Shown: one piece after another, positions 30,627 through 40,956 of the stretch
Numbering within the stretch: position 1 is the first letter of the stretch
Layout: each line of letters opens with the position of its first letter
From: Longimicrobiales bacterium
GTDB lineage: Bacteria; Gemmatimonadota; Gemmatimonadetes; Longimicrobiales; Gaopeijiaceae
Assembly: GCA_965226925.1 (NCBI GenBank)
Contig: CBDDEN010000007.1
Span: 199,998-263,997 of the forward strand
Length of the DNA stretch: 64,000 nucleotides
Direction of reading: 5' to 3'
Notes under the pieces: model-generated
The model's database searches: none
The model's input: the letters and a program-made list of their open reading frames with translations, nothing else
Told to the model about the DNA's origin: nothing
Program-made: the position numbers and the translations under genes

Positions 30627-33600
30627 CGAACGATCTCCCGAATCACGCGGCCTTGTTCGTCCACCACCTTGATGGGCGTCTTCAGGAGGTCATCGGAAAG
30701 ATCGATCATGCGTGCTCCGGGAGCGGGAGCCCTGGGCGGACTCGTAAAGACCCTGCTGTAGGGCCCGGCCTGAGTGACGTCCACGGTGTACCCCAAATCG
30801 GCCACAGACTGGATCGAGATGGCGCTGAGCGGGTTCACCGATCCGGCAGTGAACGAGGGCGTCATCAGCTCGTGGGCGAGCGGATCCTCCCGCCAGTGCG
30901 AATCCCCCGAGCCCTCTCCGAGCATATTCTCCACGGGCACCTTACCTCCGCCCGTATAGCCGGTCCCACCGGCCGCATCGAACGCTGCGATCGCCAACGG
31001 ACCGGTGAAGTGGGTGTCTGCACCCGTCGTGCCGCCATTCTCCGCGAGCGACGGATTCTGGATGAGTCCCGCCAGATGCCAGAGCACGCCGACCCCGAGC
31101 ACGTGGCCCATCTCGTGGATCGCCACTTCCAGCAAGTCACCGTCTGCCTCCATCTGGGCGAGGTCCGCCTCATCGAACTCCATCGACCCCACGGCGGGGA
31201 GGAGCGAACCGGTGCGGACGATACAGGGGCCCGCCTGGCCAACCGTGTTGAAGAGCCCGTCGATGGGCCCGATGCTCACGAAGATGGTGACGTCGTCTAC
31301 CTCTCCGCTGAGAGCGGGTGAACCTTCGGAGCATTGGTCCGCCGTGAGGTTGACCGTGATGTTCGGAACGTCGCTCGTGATAACAGACATCCACCGGTTC
31401 GCCGCGTTCTGGAACGCCGCATCCTGCGAGGCCGTGCCGTTGTTGATGAAGACGAGATCGATGTTGAAGGCGCCCTCCACCGGACCCTCCGACGTAGCGC
31501 CGAGCAGGCTCACACCCGAGAAGTCGCTGAAGCCCTGGATCATGATATGGTACGTGCCGGGCGCCGGGTTGTTGAACACGCACGACTCGGCGCTCGCCGC
31601 ACCCTGGGAGGCACAATCCCAATCGGTCGGCTGCGTCGTGGTGCTACCGCGGGTGCCATGGCTCACGTAGAGATCCGGATCCCCCGTGCCCCCCGAGAGC
31701 GTAATCTCGAGCTGGGTGATCGCGGCCGCCGCCGCATATCCGGCAGCCTCACCATCGAAGTCGACCGCGCGGAGTGGAGCCGTGGTCGACCTGAATTTCT
31801 GGATACCCACGCCGGCTTGGATGGAGCTCGCGACCGGACCCCACGCCGGAGCCGATGCCGCCGCCGGTACCTCGATGGTGAAGAACGTCGCGCTGCCGGC
31901 GGCGCCGGACAGGCCATCCACCGCGGTGCCGGCAACGAGCGGCGTTGCATCGACCGCCGTTACCTGGGTCTGCGTGGAGTTGTTCGCCTCGTTCGACTCG
32001 TCTACCACGTCATCGGGGTCGACAACGACGGTGAAGGTATGATCGCCCTCGGCGAGCGGCCCCGCGGTGAACGACACATTCGCGGTGCCCCCGCCGGAAA
32101 GGGCGCCGACGTTCGTGCTGGCCACGTCGATGCCGTCCACCATGAGTCGCGTGTCGAAGCCCACGACCGTAGGTCCATCACCGGCGTTGGAGACGACGGC
32201 GTCCACCTCTACCGTCTGGGACAGCGTGAGGCCCGGGAAGTCACGTCAACGTGAGGCCCGGGAAGGCACTGAACGCCTGGATGCCGATGTGATAGACACC
32301 GGGCACGGGATCCATCAGGGTGCAGGTCTCCTCATTAGTGAAGGTCAGCGAGAAGCAGTCCCAATCGCCCAGGGCGTCGGGGCGGCTGCCGAAATTGACG
32401 TACAGGTCCGCGTCGCCGGTGCCGCCCGTCAGGGTCACGTCCAACTGACTCACGGTACCGGCCACGGCGCTCGCAGAAGACGACTCTGCCGGACCGGCGT
32501 TGACCCTTCTGATGTCTCCGACCGCGGGCCCGGGCTTCTGCGGACCCTCACCCACCTGGATGTAGCTGGCGACGGGGCCCTCTCCAGGTGCGGCGGTCGG
32601 ACCCGGAACCTCGATCGTGAAGAACGTGATCGAGCCCGTGGCTCCCGACAGGCCCGTCACGGGGGTTCCAGCCGTCAGAGCCGCGCCCGCCTGCGAGCTG
32701 ACCGTTGTCGCCGCCGAGTTGTTGGTGTCGTCCGCCTCCGGCACGTTCCCGTTCGGATCGGCTTCGACGGTCAGCGTGTGGGTGCCCTCGGGCAACGCGC
32801 CGACGGGGATGCTCACCGTGAACTCGGCTCCTGCCCCGAGAGACGCCACCGTGACGCTGGCCTGCTCGACGGCGTCCACGAGCACCCTGACCGGGAATGC
32901 GATGACGGTCGGGCCATCACCCCCGTTGGTGATCGTCGCGGTCGCCGTAATGGCGTCCGCAGGTGTCGGGAACGCGGGACTCGTGGTGATCGCCCCGACC
33001 GTTAGATCGGCGACCCCGACGGAGGTGGCGTTAAAGGTCACGGGATCGAAACCGGCGGCGGTGGCCGTCATGGCGTTCGCGCCCTGTGTGGGCCCCATGG
33101 TCCACGAAGCGGCGGCGAGACCGTCGGCGCCCGTCGTCACGGCTGCAGGGTCGACCGAGCCCCCTCCCCCGGTTACGGCGAACGTGACGGAGGTACCTTC
33201 GACGCCGTTCCCGAACTCGTCAGCCGACTTCACCACGGCCGACGCGGCGAGCGGGAAGCCTCGCGGACCCGACTGGTTGTTCCGGATTCCACGACGAAAG
33301 CGGTCGGCGGACCCGCCGCGGCTTCTGCGGTGAACTTGGCGACCCCACCGGTCACGCCCACGACGGATACCGTGACTTCCTGGGTCCCGGATTCGGTGCC
33401 CAACGTCCACGTAGACGATCCCCGTCCGTCCGCACCGGTCGTGACCGAAGTCGCCGAGAGGCTTCCGCTTCCCATCGTGACGGTGAGGGACAATCCGACA
33501 CTGCCCACCGCGGCACCACCGGCATCGCTACTCTGCGCGACCAACGGGCTCGCGAGAGCCGTCCCTACGACTCCGGCCTGAGCGTCTCCGGAGACGATGG

Positions 33601-34048
33601 TCACTCGAGTGGCGACCTGCTGCACGGCTACCGCCACGACGGCAGAGGCCGATCCGGCCGACGCGTTGACGGTCGTCGTGCCGTTCCCCACCGCCGTCAC
33701 GTCACCGCTGGCCGACACGGTCGCCACGGACGGGTCGGCGGCCGACCAGGTCACGGACGTGTTGAAGGCCTGCCCGTTCTGATCCCGCACGGCCGCGGCC
33801 AGGCGGGTCACCTCACCCAGGAAGGTGAGGGCGAGCGTGGACGGGGAGACGGTCATGCTCGTAGCCCTGGGAGGATCGGGCTGGACGCCACCGCCGCCAC
33901 CGTCCCCACCTCCACCTCCGCAACCCGTCATTCCGAGGGATAGCGCGAGAGTCAGCGGCAGGAGCTTCCGAAGACTGCTCGTCCCGAGCTGCTTCGAAGG
34001 GAAAGGCGGGAGATGGGGCTGATGCTGGCCGGTTTTCCGCACGCTCAT
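30623..34048 (-). pseudogene. Giant secreted zinc metalloprotease (lipoprotein signal, Ig-like repeats, 2x [CARDB-like + pre-peptidase C-terminal-like] modules, HEMGH catalytic domain), broken twice
   Basis: The gene is three ORFs: 33230..34048, 32241..33410 and 30623..32206. Break 1 is a 1-nt loss in the AA run at 33280-33281 (..FVVESG/NNQSGPRGFPLAAS..). Break 2 is a 25-nt tandem duplication whose removal restores the frame (..AFSAFPGLTLSQTVEVDAVVSNAGDG..). The catalytic motif is AIHEMGHVLG, and GTGD(A/P)DLYV modules are present. Confidence 0.75.
32225..32265. repeat. 25-nt tandem duplication inside the protease gene
   Basis: CGTGAGGCCCGGGAAG occurs at 32225-32240 and again at 32250-32265, a period of 25 nt. 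It creates a stop and a frameshift. Confidence 0.8.
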
Positions 34049-34210
34049 TCCTCAGTCGGAAAGTTCGTAGAGTGGAGGTATCCCGCGGGGGAGGGCGTCA
34101 GGGCGTCTACCATCTAACTTGCTCCACCCGGAGCGTCAAAGCGAGAATAAAGGTTGAGGACCTGGACTCGGCGCTAGGCAGTTCCGATTCGGCCCACTAC
34201 AATAACCGCC

Positions 34211-34930
34211 ATGCTCTTTCTGACCCTTCAGGGCTCCGGCCTGTCCGAGAGCCTCTCGCAGAGTCCCCTCCTCGCCCTGGTCACCCTGTTCGGAGCTGGG
34301 GTCCTGACCAGCCTGACACCGTGTATCTACCCGATGATCCCGATCACGGCGTCCGTTCTGGCGGGCACGACGGACCGGGAGGCACCGAGGTCGAGGGTGA
34401 TCGGTCTTACGCTCACCTACGTCCTTGGCCTGGCGCTTCTGTACGCCACCGTGGGACTCATCGCCGGCATGACGGGCACGTTGTTCGGCACGGTGAGCGC
34501 AAGCCCCTGGGCGCGTTTCGCGATCGCGAACGTGCTCCTGATCTTCGGGCTGGCGATGCTCGACGTGTTTCCCCTGTCGGCGCCGAAGCGACTTCTGGCG
34601 TGGGCGGGCGGCCTGGGAGGCGGCTCGTACCCGGCCGTGTTCGCCCTGGGAGCGACATCGGGGATCGTGGCGGCACCGTGCGGTGCGCCCGCTTTCGCCG
34701 TGGTCCTCACGTGGGTGGCGGCGACGCAGGCGGGACCCATGGGGTTCTTGTACCTGTTCGTTTTCTCGCTGGGAATGACGGCTTTGCTGGTAGGGGTAGG
34801 CCTGTTCTCGGGGTTCGGAGCGGCGTTGCCCGTTTCGGGCTCGTGGATGGTCGGGATCAAAAGAGCCGCCGCGGTGATTATGCTGGGGATGGCCGAGTAC
34901 TACTTCATACAAGTGGGTATGGTACTGTGA
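34211..34930 (+). CDS. ccdA: Cytochrome c biogenesis / thiol-disulfide electron transporter CcdA (DsbD transmembrane-domain family)
   Basis: The segments LTPCIYPMIP and APCGAPAF carry the two conserved Cys, across six TM helices. Confidence 0.85.
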   Translation: MLFLTLQGSGLSESLSQSPLLALVTLFGAGVLTSLTPCIYPMIPITASVLAGTTDREAPRSRVIGLTLTYVLGLALLYATVGLIAGMTGTLFGTVSASPWARFAIANVLLIFGLAMLDVFPLSAPKRLLAWAGGLGGGSYPAVFALGATSGIVAAPCGAPAFAVVLTWVAATQAGPMGFLYLFVFSLGMTALLVGVGLFSGFGAALPVSGSWMVGIKRAAAVIMLGMAEYYFIQVGMVL

Positions 34931-35490
34931 AGACGATCGATCCCCGTAGACCGTGGCGTCCCTCGACGGGTGCGCTGACCACGCTGGGCGTCACCCTGGC
35001 TCTCACGATTCTCGTGATTCCCCCTCGGAGTGCGTCCGCCCAGAAGCGCGGCGAGGTGGGTATCGCGCTGGGCGAGCGTCCGGAGCTGGTCACGATCGAG
35101 GACCTCGATGGGAACCCGCTCGAGCTCTCGGACTACGTCGGGGAGAGGCCGCTCTTGATCGAGTTCTATGCCCGGTGGTGTGAGAACTGCGAGGCGCTCC
35201 TGCCACAGATGATGGACGTCTACGCGCGCTACCGGGACCGTATCGAGTTCCTGGCCATCAGCGTGGCCGTGTCCCAGTCTCCTCGATCGGTGAAGCGAGC
35301 GCTCGCGGACCATCCGATCGACTACGCCACGGTCTGGGACGAGGGCGGGAGGGCCGTACGGGCCTTCCTCGCCCCCGCCACCTCGTACATCGTTGTCCTA
35401 GACAGGCAGGGTGTGGTGACCTACACGGGCATCGGCCCGGAGCAGAACATCGAGGCGGCGGTCATGACGGCACTGAACGGGTCGGACTAG
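34927..35490 (+). CDS. TlpA/ResA-like periplasmic thiol-disulfide oxidoreductase (thioredoxin fold)
   Basis: The GTG start overlaps the ccdA stop (GTGA). There is a signal anchor, then PLLIEFYARWCENCEALLP with the WCxxC motif. Confidence 0.8.
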   Translation: MKTIDPRRPWRPSTGALTTLGVTLALTILVIPPRSASAQKRGEVGIALGERPELVTIEDLDGNPLELSDYVGERPLLIEFYARWCENCEALLPQMMDVYARYRDRIEFLAISVAVSQSPRSVKRALADHPIDYATVWDEGGRAVRAFLAPATSYIVVLDRQGVVTYTGIGPEQNIEAAVMTALNGSD

Positions 35491-36080
35491 ATCCCGGGGT
35501 CCTCGTCCAGTGAAGGAGCCACACGCTCTACCTCGGCGCCCAGTTCCTCATAGGCGGTCGGGTCGATCTCGCGGAACCGTTCGGTCACCCACGCGATCTT
35601 GCCGTTCGGCCCGACCACGATGACCGATCGTGATGCGATGTTCCCGCTCGTGCGGAGCCCCAGACCATAGGCCTCGGCGACGTCATGACCCTCGTCCTGT
35701 GCGAACAAAAAGGGGAAATCGGCGTCGGCGGCCCATGAGGCGAGCTCTTCAGCCGAGTCGTCGCTGATGCCGATGACGGTTACGCCTCGGCCACCCCGAA
35801 AAACGCTTGCGTACTGATCACGGTACGCTTCCATTTGAATCGTTCAGCCACGGGTTCGCGCCCTGAAAAAGAACGCCAATACCACCACCTCTCCCCTCAA
35901 ATCCGATAGACGGACCGGGTCCTGGAGGACTCCGTAGCGGGTCGCGCCGGGAAGGGAGAAATCCGGCGCCATCTCACCCACGGCGATGAGGGTGGATTTT
36001 TCGTTTTGAGCTTCAGCGGGTTGGGCCAACACGAACCCCAAGGCAAGGGCGAAGACGAAGGCAGTATAGCGCAGTCGCAT
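35487..36080 (-). CDS. Secreted peroxiredoxin (AhpC/TSA-BCP type) with an in-frame TGA at the peroxidatic Cys position; candidate selenoprotein (197 aa, U79)
   Basis: ORFs 35844..36080 and 35487..35834 are in the same phase. Read-through gives ..DLRGEVVVLAFFFRARTRG[TGA]TIQMEAYRDQYASVF..GNIASRSVIVVGPNGKIAWV.., which carries the T-x-x-(C/U) motif and the conserved Arg. The signal peptide is MRLRYTAFVFALALGFVLAQPAEA. Confidence 0.6.
35809..35828 (-). promoter_or_regulatory. Candidate bacterial SECIS hairpin downstream of the in-frame UGA
   Basis: The mRNA reads UGA-ACGAUUCAAAUGGAA-GCGUAC-CGUGAUCA-GUACGC. This is a perfect 6-bp stem starting 15 nt after the UGA, with GU in the loop. Confidence 0.4.
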
Positions 36081-36145
36081 CGGGAGCCCTCCTTCTCGTC
36101 GGTGCGAGGAACCTATGGTAGGCCATCAGTATAGGTTGACGGACC

Positions 36146-36556
36146 ATGACGCGCATTACTTTCCTGATCCTGGCCGCGGTAGGGGGCCTTTCCGCGGTGC
36201 GACCCCACCCCGCACCGCCTTCGACGCGCAGCTCGGCAGAGGTTTCCCTCACGCCCCCCTTCGCCGACAATCCCGTCGCGGGATTTGAGACTCCGTACCA
36301 CCGGTTCGGCGCGATCGAGGGAGCGATCGTGGAAGAGCACAATCTCGCTCGTCAGGCTCCCAAGGCCTATGTCGGCCACCTCGCGATCCTCGGTTCAACC
36401 CCGAGTTCCGGTTCATCGGCGTCGCGTGTGGCGCTCACTTCACCTTTCGCACCATGTGCGCGATCGACTACGCCGGAGGCTTCACCGAGAACTCGTCGAG
36501 AGACGGTGCACGGCCAACGGAACTGCAGGTCGGCGAAGAGGAAGGCGGAATCCTGA
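36146..36556 (+). other. ORF with a signal peptide and a CAP/SCP-like N-terminal motif; probably a degenerate gene
   Basis: The sequence MTRITFLILAAVGGLSA.. and ..AIVEEHNLARQAPKA.. resembles the start of a CAP domain. A different frame further on reads ..FRFIGVACGAHF..AIDYAGGF, resembling a CAP-domain end. The middle part is missing, and the ORF's 3' end lies only 10 nt from the convergent SnoaL-like gene. Confidence 0.25.
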
Positions 36557-36566
36557 TCCTGGGGCC

Positions 36567-37022
36567 TCACCGACCTTCGGGTGCCTCCATCTCGGAGAAG
36601 TGGTACTGGACGACCTTCCAGGTACCTGCCTCGAGAACTCGCGCGTCCGAGTAGCGCCACGTGCCTTCGACGGTGCTTCCACCGGGCAAGGTGAGCGCCC
36701 CCTGGAGCAAAGCGGTGGTCAGCGCCACGTCGCCACGGAGCCGAACACTGACCTCTCCCAGATCGAGATCGGCACGGAATCCGGTGTTGTACGCCGCCTC
36801 GAGAGCCGCCACGTTGAAGCCCTCGAGAAGCCCTCCGCCGTCCAGGAAGAACCCACGCGTTTCTGTGTGGTAGAAGGTCGCGAAGCGCCCGAAGTCGCCC
36901 GATCGCCACGCGGCGAGCGTCTCGGTCACGGCTTGGCGAACCTCGGCCTCTTGGCTCAGCGCGGGTCGAGCAGCCCATGACGACACGAGGAAGAGGACCA
37001 GAATGACTGTGCGAACTCTCAC
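36567..37022 (-). CDS. SnoaL-like / DUF4440 (NTF2-fold) secreted protein
   Basis: Signal peptide, then EAEVRQAVTETLAAWRSGDFGRFATFYH..G.W.YSD.R.LE.GTWKVVQYHFS. Confidence 0.7.
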   Translation of the reverse strand: MRVRTVILVLFLVSSWAARPALSQEAEVRQAVTETLAAWRSGDFGRFATFYHTETRGFFLDGGGLLEGFNVAALEAAYNTGFRADLDLGEVSVRLRGDVALTTALLQGALTLPGGSTVEGTWRYSDARVLEAGTWKVVQYHFSEMEAPEGR

Positions 37023-37039
37023 GTGAGCGCCTCCTCGTT

Positions 37040-39247
37040 TTGGGGGCGACCCGTCCGACGATGCGGGTCTCCGTGCCCCTCACGGCGATTCATCGTCTCA
37101 TATTCACCCCCTTCGACCGCCTTCGCACGCTGATGTTCCGTCGCGCTTGGACGCACGGGGCGGCGCCCTGGGCCTCGGTGACCGTCATGGCCGTGGGGCT
37201 GGTGGCCGTGGGAGTCTGGGTAGACCTGTCGCCGAAGGTGGAGAGTGATTTCTTCTTCTCCGCGGACGATCCCCAGCTTCAGGCGTCGGCCGAGCTCGAG
37301 CGGCGTTACCCCTCCCCCCCTCGAGTGGTGATTCGGGCGGAGGATCGTGGCGACGATCCGTCGGGCTACCGTGACCGGGTGCGCGCACTCACCGACGCTC
37401 TGGCCGAAGTGGACGGCGCGTTGAACGTACTCTCGATCACGACGGACAACCCGGCCCGGAGCCCCTTGTTCGGGCGGATTCTGCTGACCCCCGACGAGCA
37501 CGCGACGAACCTCATCCTCCAGACGGACGGAACCGACCCCGAAATCCTGCTGCCCCGGCTGGAGGCCGTGGTCCAGGCGCATGAAACCCCGGACTTCGAT
37601 CTGGTCATGTCGGGCGTCCCGGTCATCGTCGAACAGATTCGGCGCAACCTCTTTCGAGATCTGGTGGTCTTCAGTCTCGCAGCGCTCCTGCTGTACGGCC
37701 TGCTCACCGGCATCGTCTACCGCGACGTCGCGATCGTCGTCGGTGCCCTCACGACGTGCGTCACGGCGTGCGCCGGCACGCTGCTCATCACCCAGGCCTT
37801 GGGGATACAGATCGGGCTCCTCACCGCCAATCTCATCACGATTGTCTTCGTGCTCACCCTGTCCCACATCGTCTTCCTAACCGCGAACTGGAGGCGGATC
37901 CGAAGTCGTGCGCTCACGGACGCCGAAGTGGTGGGCCAGGCCGTGTCCCAGACGGTCGAGGCGTCCTTCTGGTCGATGGCCACGACGCTGATGGGCTTCC
38001 TGAGCCTCTTGGTGGCGTCGGCCAGGCCGTTGAGGGAGTTGGGGATTGCCGGAGCCATAGGTGCGGCGACGGCGATGTGCGTGGCCTACGCGATCTACCC
38101 GGCGTTCTTGAGTCGCGGGATGGTTCCCGAAGGTGCATCCGAGGCGTTGTCCTCGGAAGCGTTCGGCGATGGGTTGAAGGCCCGACCCGGCATGCTTGCC
38201 GGGATCGTCTTGGTCGTCATCGTGCTGGGGTCGGGTTTACCCAAGCTGGACACGGATCCCGGCCTGCTCACTTATTTCACCCCGGGTTCGAGCCTGCGTG
38301 AGGGACTCGAGCGTGTCGATCTGGACGGAGGTAGCAGCACACTCAACATCGCCGTCCGGGACGCCGCCGGAGGGCGCGTCGACAACGAAGCCGTCAACGA
38401 GAGAATGTGGGCCTTCCAGGACGCCCTGGAGGCCGATTCGGCCGTCGGCGTGGTCGTGTCTCCCCCGGTGCTACTGGCTCACGCTCGCTCGCAGCCCCTC
38501 GCCCGCTTCATGAGCCTCAGGACCCTTCTGGACATCGCCGAGAGCCCGGTGCTCGACGAAGTCGCACTCAGCTTCGTCACGAGAGAACGCGACGAAGGGC
38601 TCTTTTTTCTGCGCATGCGAGAGTCGGCGCGTGAGTCCTCGAGAAGGGAGGTAATCGAGCGGCTTACCGATCACGCCCGAAGCGCGGGATTGGAGCCCGT
38701 CCTCGTGGGAGGCCTCTATGACCTCCAGGCACAGCTCGGCCGCCTGATCGCGTCGAGCCTCAGGATCGGGCTGGGGGGCCTCCTCATCCTGTTCGTGGGC
38801 GTAGCCCTTGTCGTCTCTCGCTCCCCGCGGTACTCGGCCATGATGGTGGCCTGTCTGATCGCGATCCCCCTGGTGGTTCTCGGCACCTTCGGGCACCTCG
38901 GGGTCGCCGTCGACATCGTCACGTCTCCCGCGGCCAACGTGGCGCTGGCCATGGGTGTCGACTCGATGATCCACCTGGTCGTACGCGTGCGCCACCTGCA
39001 GGACAGCGGCTTAACCAGTGGCCGGAGTTGGGCTACCGCCAGGAGTCAGATCCTGCGACCCGTACTCGCGGCCACACTCCTCATCTGTGCGGGTTTCGGC
39101 ATCTTCGCCCTCTCCACATTCCCGCCGACCCGGCGCTTTGGTGTTGCAGTCATCCTGGGAACGCTGACCGCCGCCACCGTGGCGCTGGTGGCCCTCCCGG
39201 GTGCCGCGGCGCTCCTACGTCGAAACCCTGCGGAGTCGACTGCGTAG
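37040..39247 (+). CDS. MMPL/RND-superfamily transporter (HpnN-like architecture)
   Basis: 735 aa with two 5-6 TM bundles separated by periplasmic domains. The segments include ..MSGVPVIVEQIRRNLFRDL.. and ..TSPAANVALAMGVDSMIHLV... Confidence 0.85.
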   Translation: MGATRPTMRVSVPLTAIHRLIFTPFDRLRTLMFRRAWTHGAAPWASVTVMAVGLVAVGVWVDLSPKVESDFFFSADDPQLQASAELERRYPSPPRVVIRAEDRGDDPSGYRDRVRALTDALAEVDGALNVLSITTDNPARSPLFGRILLTPDEHATNLILQTDGTDPEILLPRLEAVVQAHETPDFDLVMSGVPVIVEQIRRNLFRDLVVFSLAALLLYGLLTGIVYRDVAIVVGALTTCVTACAGTLLITQALGIQIGLLTANLITIVFVLTLSHIVFLTANWRRIRSRALTDAEVVGQAVSQTVEASFWSMATTLMGFLSLLVASARPLRELGIAGAIGAATAMCVAYAIYPAFLSRGMVPEGASEALSSEAFGDGLKARPGMLAGIVLVVIVLGSGLPKLDTDPGLLTYFTPGSSLREGLERVDLDGGSSTLNIAVRDAAGGRVDNEAVNERMWAFQDALEADSAVGVVVSPPVLLAHARSQPLARFMSLRTLLDIAESPVLDEVALSFVTRERDEGLFFLRMRESARESSRREVIERLTDHARSAGLEPVLVGGLYDLQAQLGRLIASSLRIGLGGLLILFVGVALVVSRSPRYSAMMVACLIAIPLVVLGTFGHLGVAVDIVTSPAANVALAMGVDSMIHLVVRVRHLQDSGLTSGRSWATARSQILRPVLAATLLICAGFGIFALSTFPPTRRFGVAVILGTLTAATVALVALPGAAALLRRNPAESTA

Positions 39248-39313
39248 GGGGTTGCATAAGGCAACGACGAGACGCCCCCTCGGGTCGGTCAGTTCGTGGG
39301 GAGATACGGCAAG

Positions 39314-39345
39314 GCTCCTCCCCGGAACGAGAACCGGGGAGGAGC
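39314..39345. terminator. Perfect 12-bp stem hairpin between convergent genes (probable bidirectional terminator)
   Basis: GCTCCTCCCCGG-AACGAGAA-CCGGGGAGGAGC. There is no U-tract on either side. Confidence 0.5.
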
Positions 39346-39368
39346 CCGCCGCGTCCACTTTCAGCGAA

Positions 39369-40013
39369 TCAGATCCCGACGAAACAGTAGAAGAGACCAT
39401 CTCCGCCGGTGCCCTGTAGGTTTTCCTGACTGCAGCCCCGCGAGGCATGCGCGGAATTCCAGGATGTGGGGTTCACTCCGCCGCCTTGACGGTCGTGATG
39501 ACCGACCAAGGCGCTCCCCTCGCCCCGACTGGTCCAATTCGAGCAGGTGGTATCGTCCTCGCCCGGAGCGGCTGTGCCGTCGAGTTGAGATCCTGTAAGA
39601 ATGTCGTGGCGGTTGGGGCTGTCGCCTCGACCGTTGATCATCTCGCCCTTCTCGGAGAGCTGCGACTCCTTGGTGAGGTTGTTCGAGTCGCTGTGCAGGT
39701 TCGCCACGTCGGCGGCGACGCGGACGCCCCGGGCATTGTACCAAGGACCTGATCCGATCCGGTCACGCGCGTCGACCCCGTTCGGCCCGGTGGTGCTGAG
39801 GTACGCCCGCCAAGTGCGATCGTCGTTCGCATTCACCGTCCTGGCCAGCATCAGGCAATACCGGTCGGCGCCCTCCAGCCCACCCAGGTCGGCCCCGTTT
39901 CCGGGTCCCGCACCCGTGAGAAAGAAGCTCATTGCGGGCTCTTGTGGGGGAGCGGGGCTCCAACCCAGCAGCACGAGCGGAACGGCGGCAAAAATCAAAC
40001 GAATGTGGCGCAT
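39369..40013 (-). CDS. Conserved secreted protein, function unknown
   Basis: Signal peptide, then the pattern SFFLTGAGPGNGADLGGLEGADRYC..RTWRAYLST.. and a Cys-containing C-terminus. I recall this as a recurring uncharacterised family. Confidence 0.55.
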   Translation of the reverse strand: MRHIRLIFAAVPLVLLGWSPAPPQEPAMSFFLTGAGPGNGADLGGLEGADRYCLMLARTVNANDDRTWRAYLSTTGPNGVDARDRIGSGPWYNARGVRVAADVANLHSDSNNLTKESQLSEKGEMINGRGDSPNRHDILTGSQLDGTAAPGEDDTTCSNWTSRGEGSALVGHHDRQGGGVNPTSWNSAHASRGCSQENLQGTGGDGLFYCFVGI

Positions 40014-40077
40014 GTTGGCTCCTTCGCTTTGGAAGCGTCCGTCAAACCCGACCTCGGGAATCCGTCCGCCTCGGTTT

Positions 40078-40572
40078 TCAATTCTCGATGCGGATACTGC
40101 CCAACACCTCTCTCTGCTCGTCGAGCGCGACCGGTCCCGGGGGGAGGCCGTTCATCTGGAAGATGTACGAGAGGACCGCGACGTACTGGCCCGGCTCCAG
40201 GGAGCCCGGCTGATCCTCGGGCATGAGCGCGCTCACCAGGTCGAACAGGTCGCCGACCGTGGCACCGGCCCAAGCCTGGATGAACGTATCACCGAATTGA
40301 GACGGTTCATGACAGGCGGCGCACGCCGTCTCGAACGTCTCTTCTCCACTCTTGGCCTGCGCCTCGGAAAAGACGCCATCCTGCGTCGACTTGAGTGAGC
40401 TCGACTGGGCCTCCGCATCGTTGAGACCGAGCGTGCAGACCAAGACGATCGCGATCGACGCCGCCGTCCCCAGGCGACGGACCACGGCCCCCGGCACAGT
40501 GGTTCCAAGGTCGGACGGCGAATACACGTGGGTCGTTTCCTGAAGTGAGAGATGAAGCCAGTAAGGTGCCAA
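40078..40572 (-). CDS. Membrane-anchored c-type cytochrome
   Basis: Haem motif CAACHEP and a distal Met context (LMPEDQPG). The real start is probably the GTG at 40485, ahead of the signal anchor. Confidence 0.75.
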   Translation of the reverse strand: MAPYWLHLSLQETTHVYSPSDLGTTVPGAVVRRLGTAASIAIVLVCTLGLNDAEAQSSSLKSTQDGVFSEAQAKSGEETFETACAACHEPSQFGDTFIQAWAGATVGDLFDLVSALMPEDQPGSLEPGQYVAVLSYIFQMNGLPPGPVALDEQREVLGSIRIEN

Positions 40573-40956
40573 CCGCGGTGGCGTGGAGCAAGGTGATCGT
40601 TCCCTCTACTCCCTCCTCGAATCGCCCGTTCCACCGAGGGGCCGAAACGTCCCGGCCCAAAGCAAACGCCTCCGGGGTCGGCACGCCGAACCTCACGACC
40701 GGCCGCATGCGTCCGAACCCTAGAAGGCTGTTGAAGAAGTACAGTGGGTCGCGCACAGGGTGCCCAACAGACGAGTTGATATGAGCATACGTGTACCGGT
40801 AGGAGCGCCGATCCTCATCGCCATGGCGGAAGCGCTGATGGAGTAACACGCGCAACCTAGGTTCAATCGGGATAGGGGAGGACCGGCGATCCCGGTCCTT
40901 CCCCTCCCACACCACCAGGCATGCGGGTCCGCACCTGGCGGTTCGGTGAGTTGAGG

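Noticed and set aside
40573-40865. Region between the intron 3' end and the cytochrome c gene. I looked for the missing SDR N-terminus or another gene fragment here.
   Set aside because: There is no GxxGxxG or other recognisable motif in any frame, so it is left unannotated.
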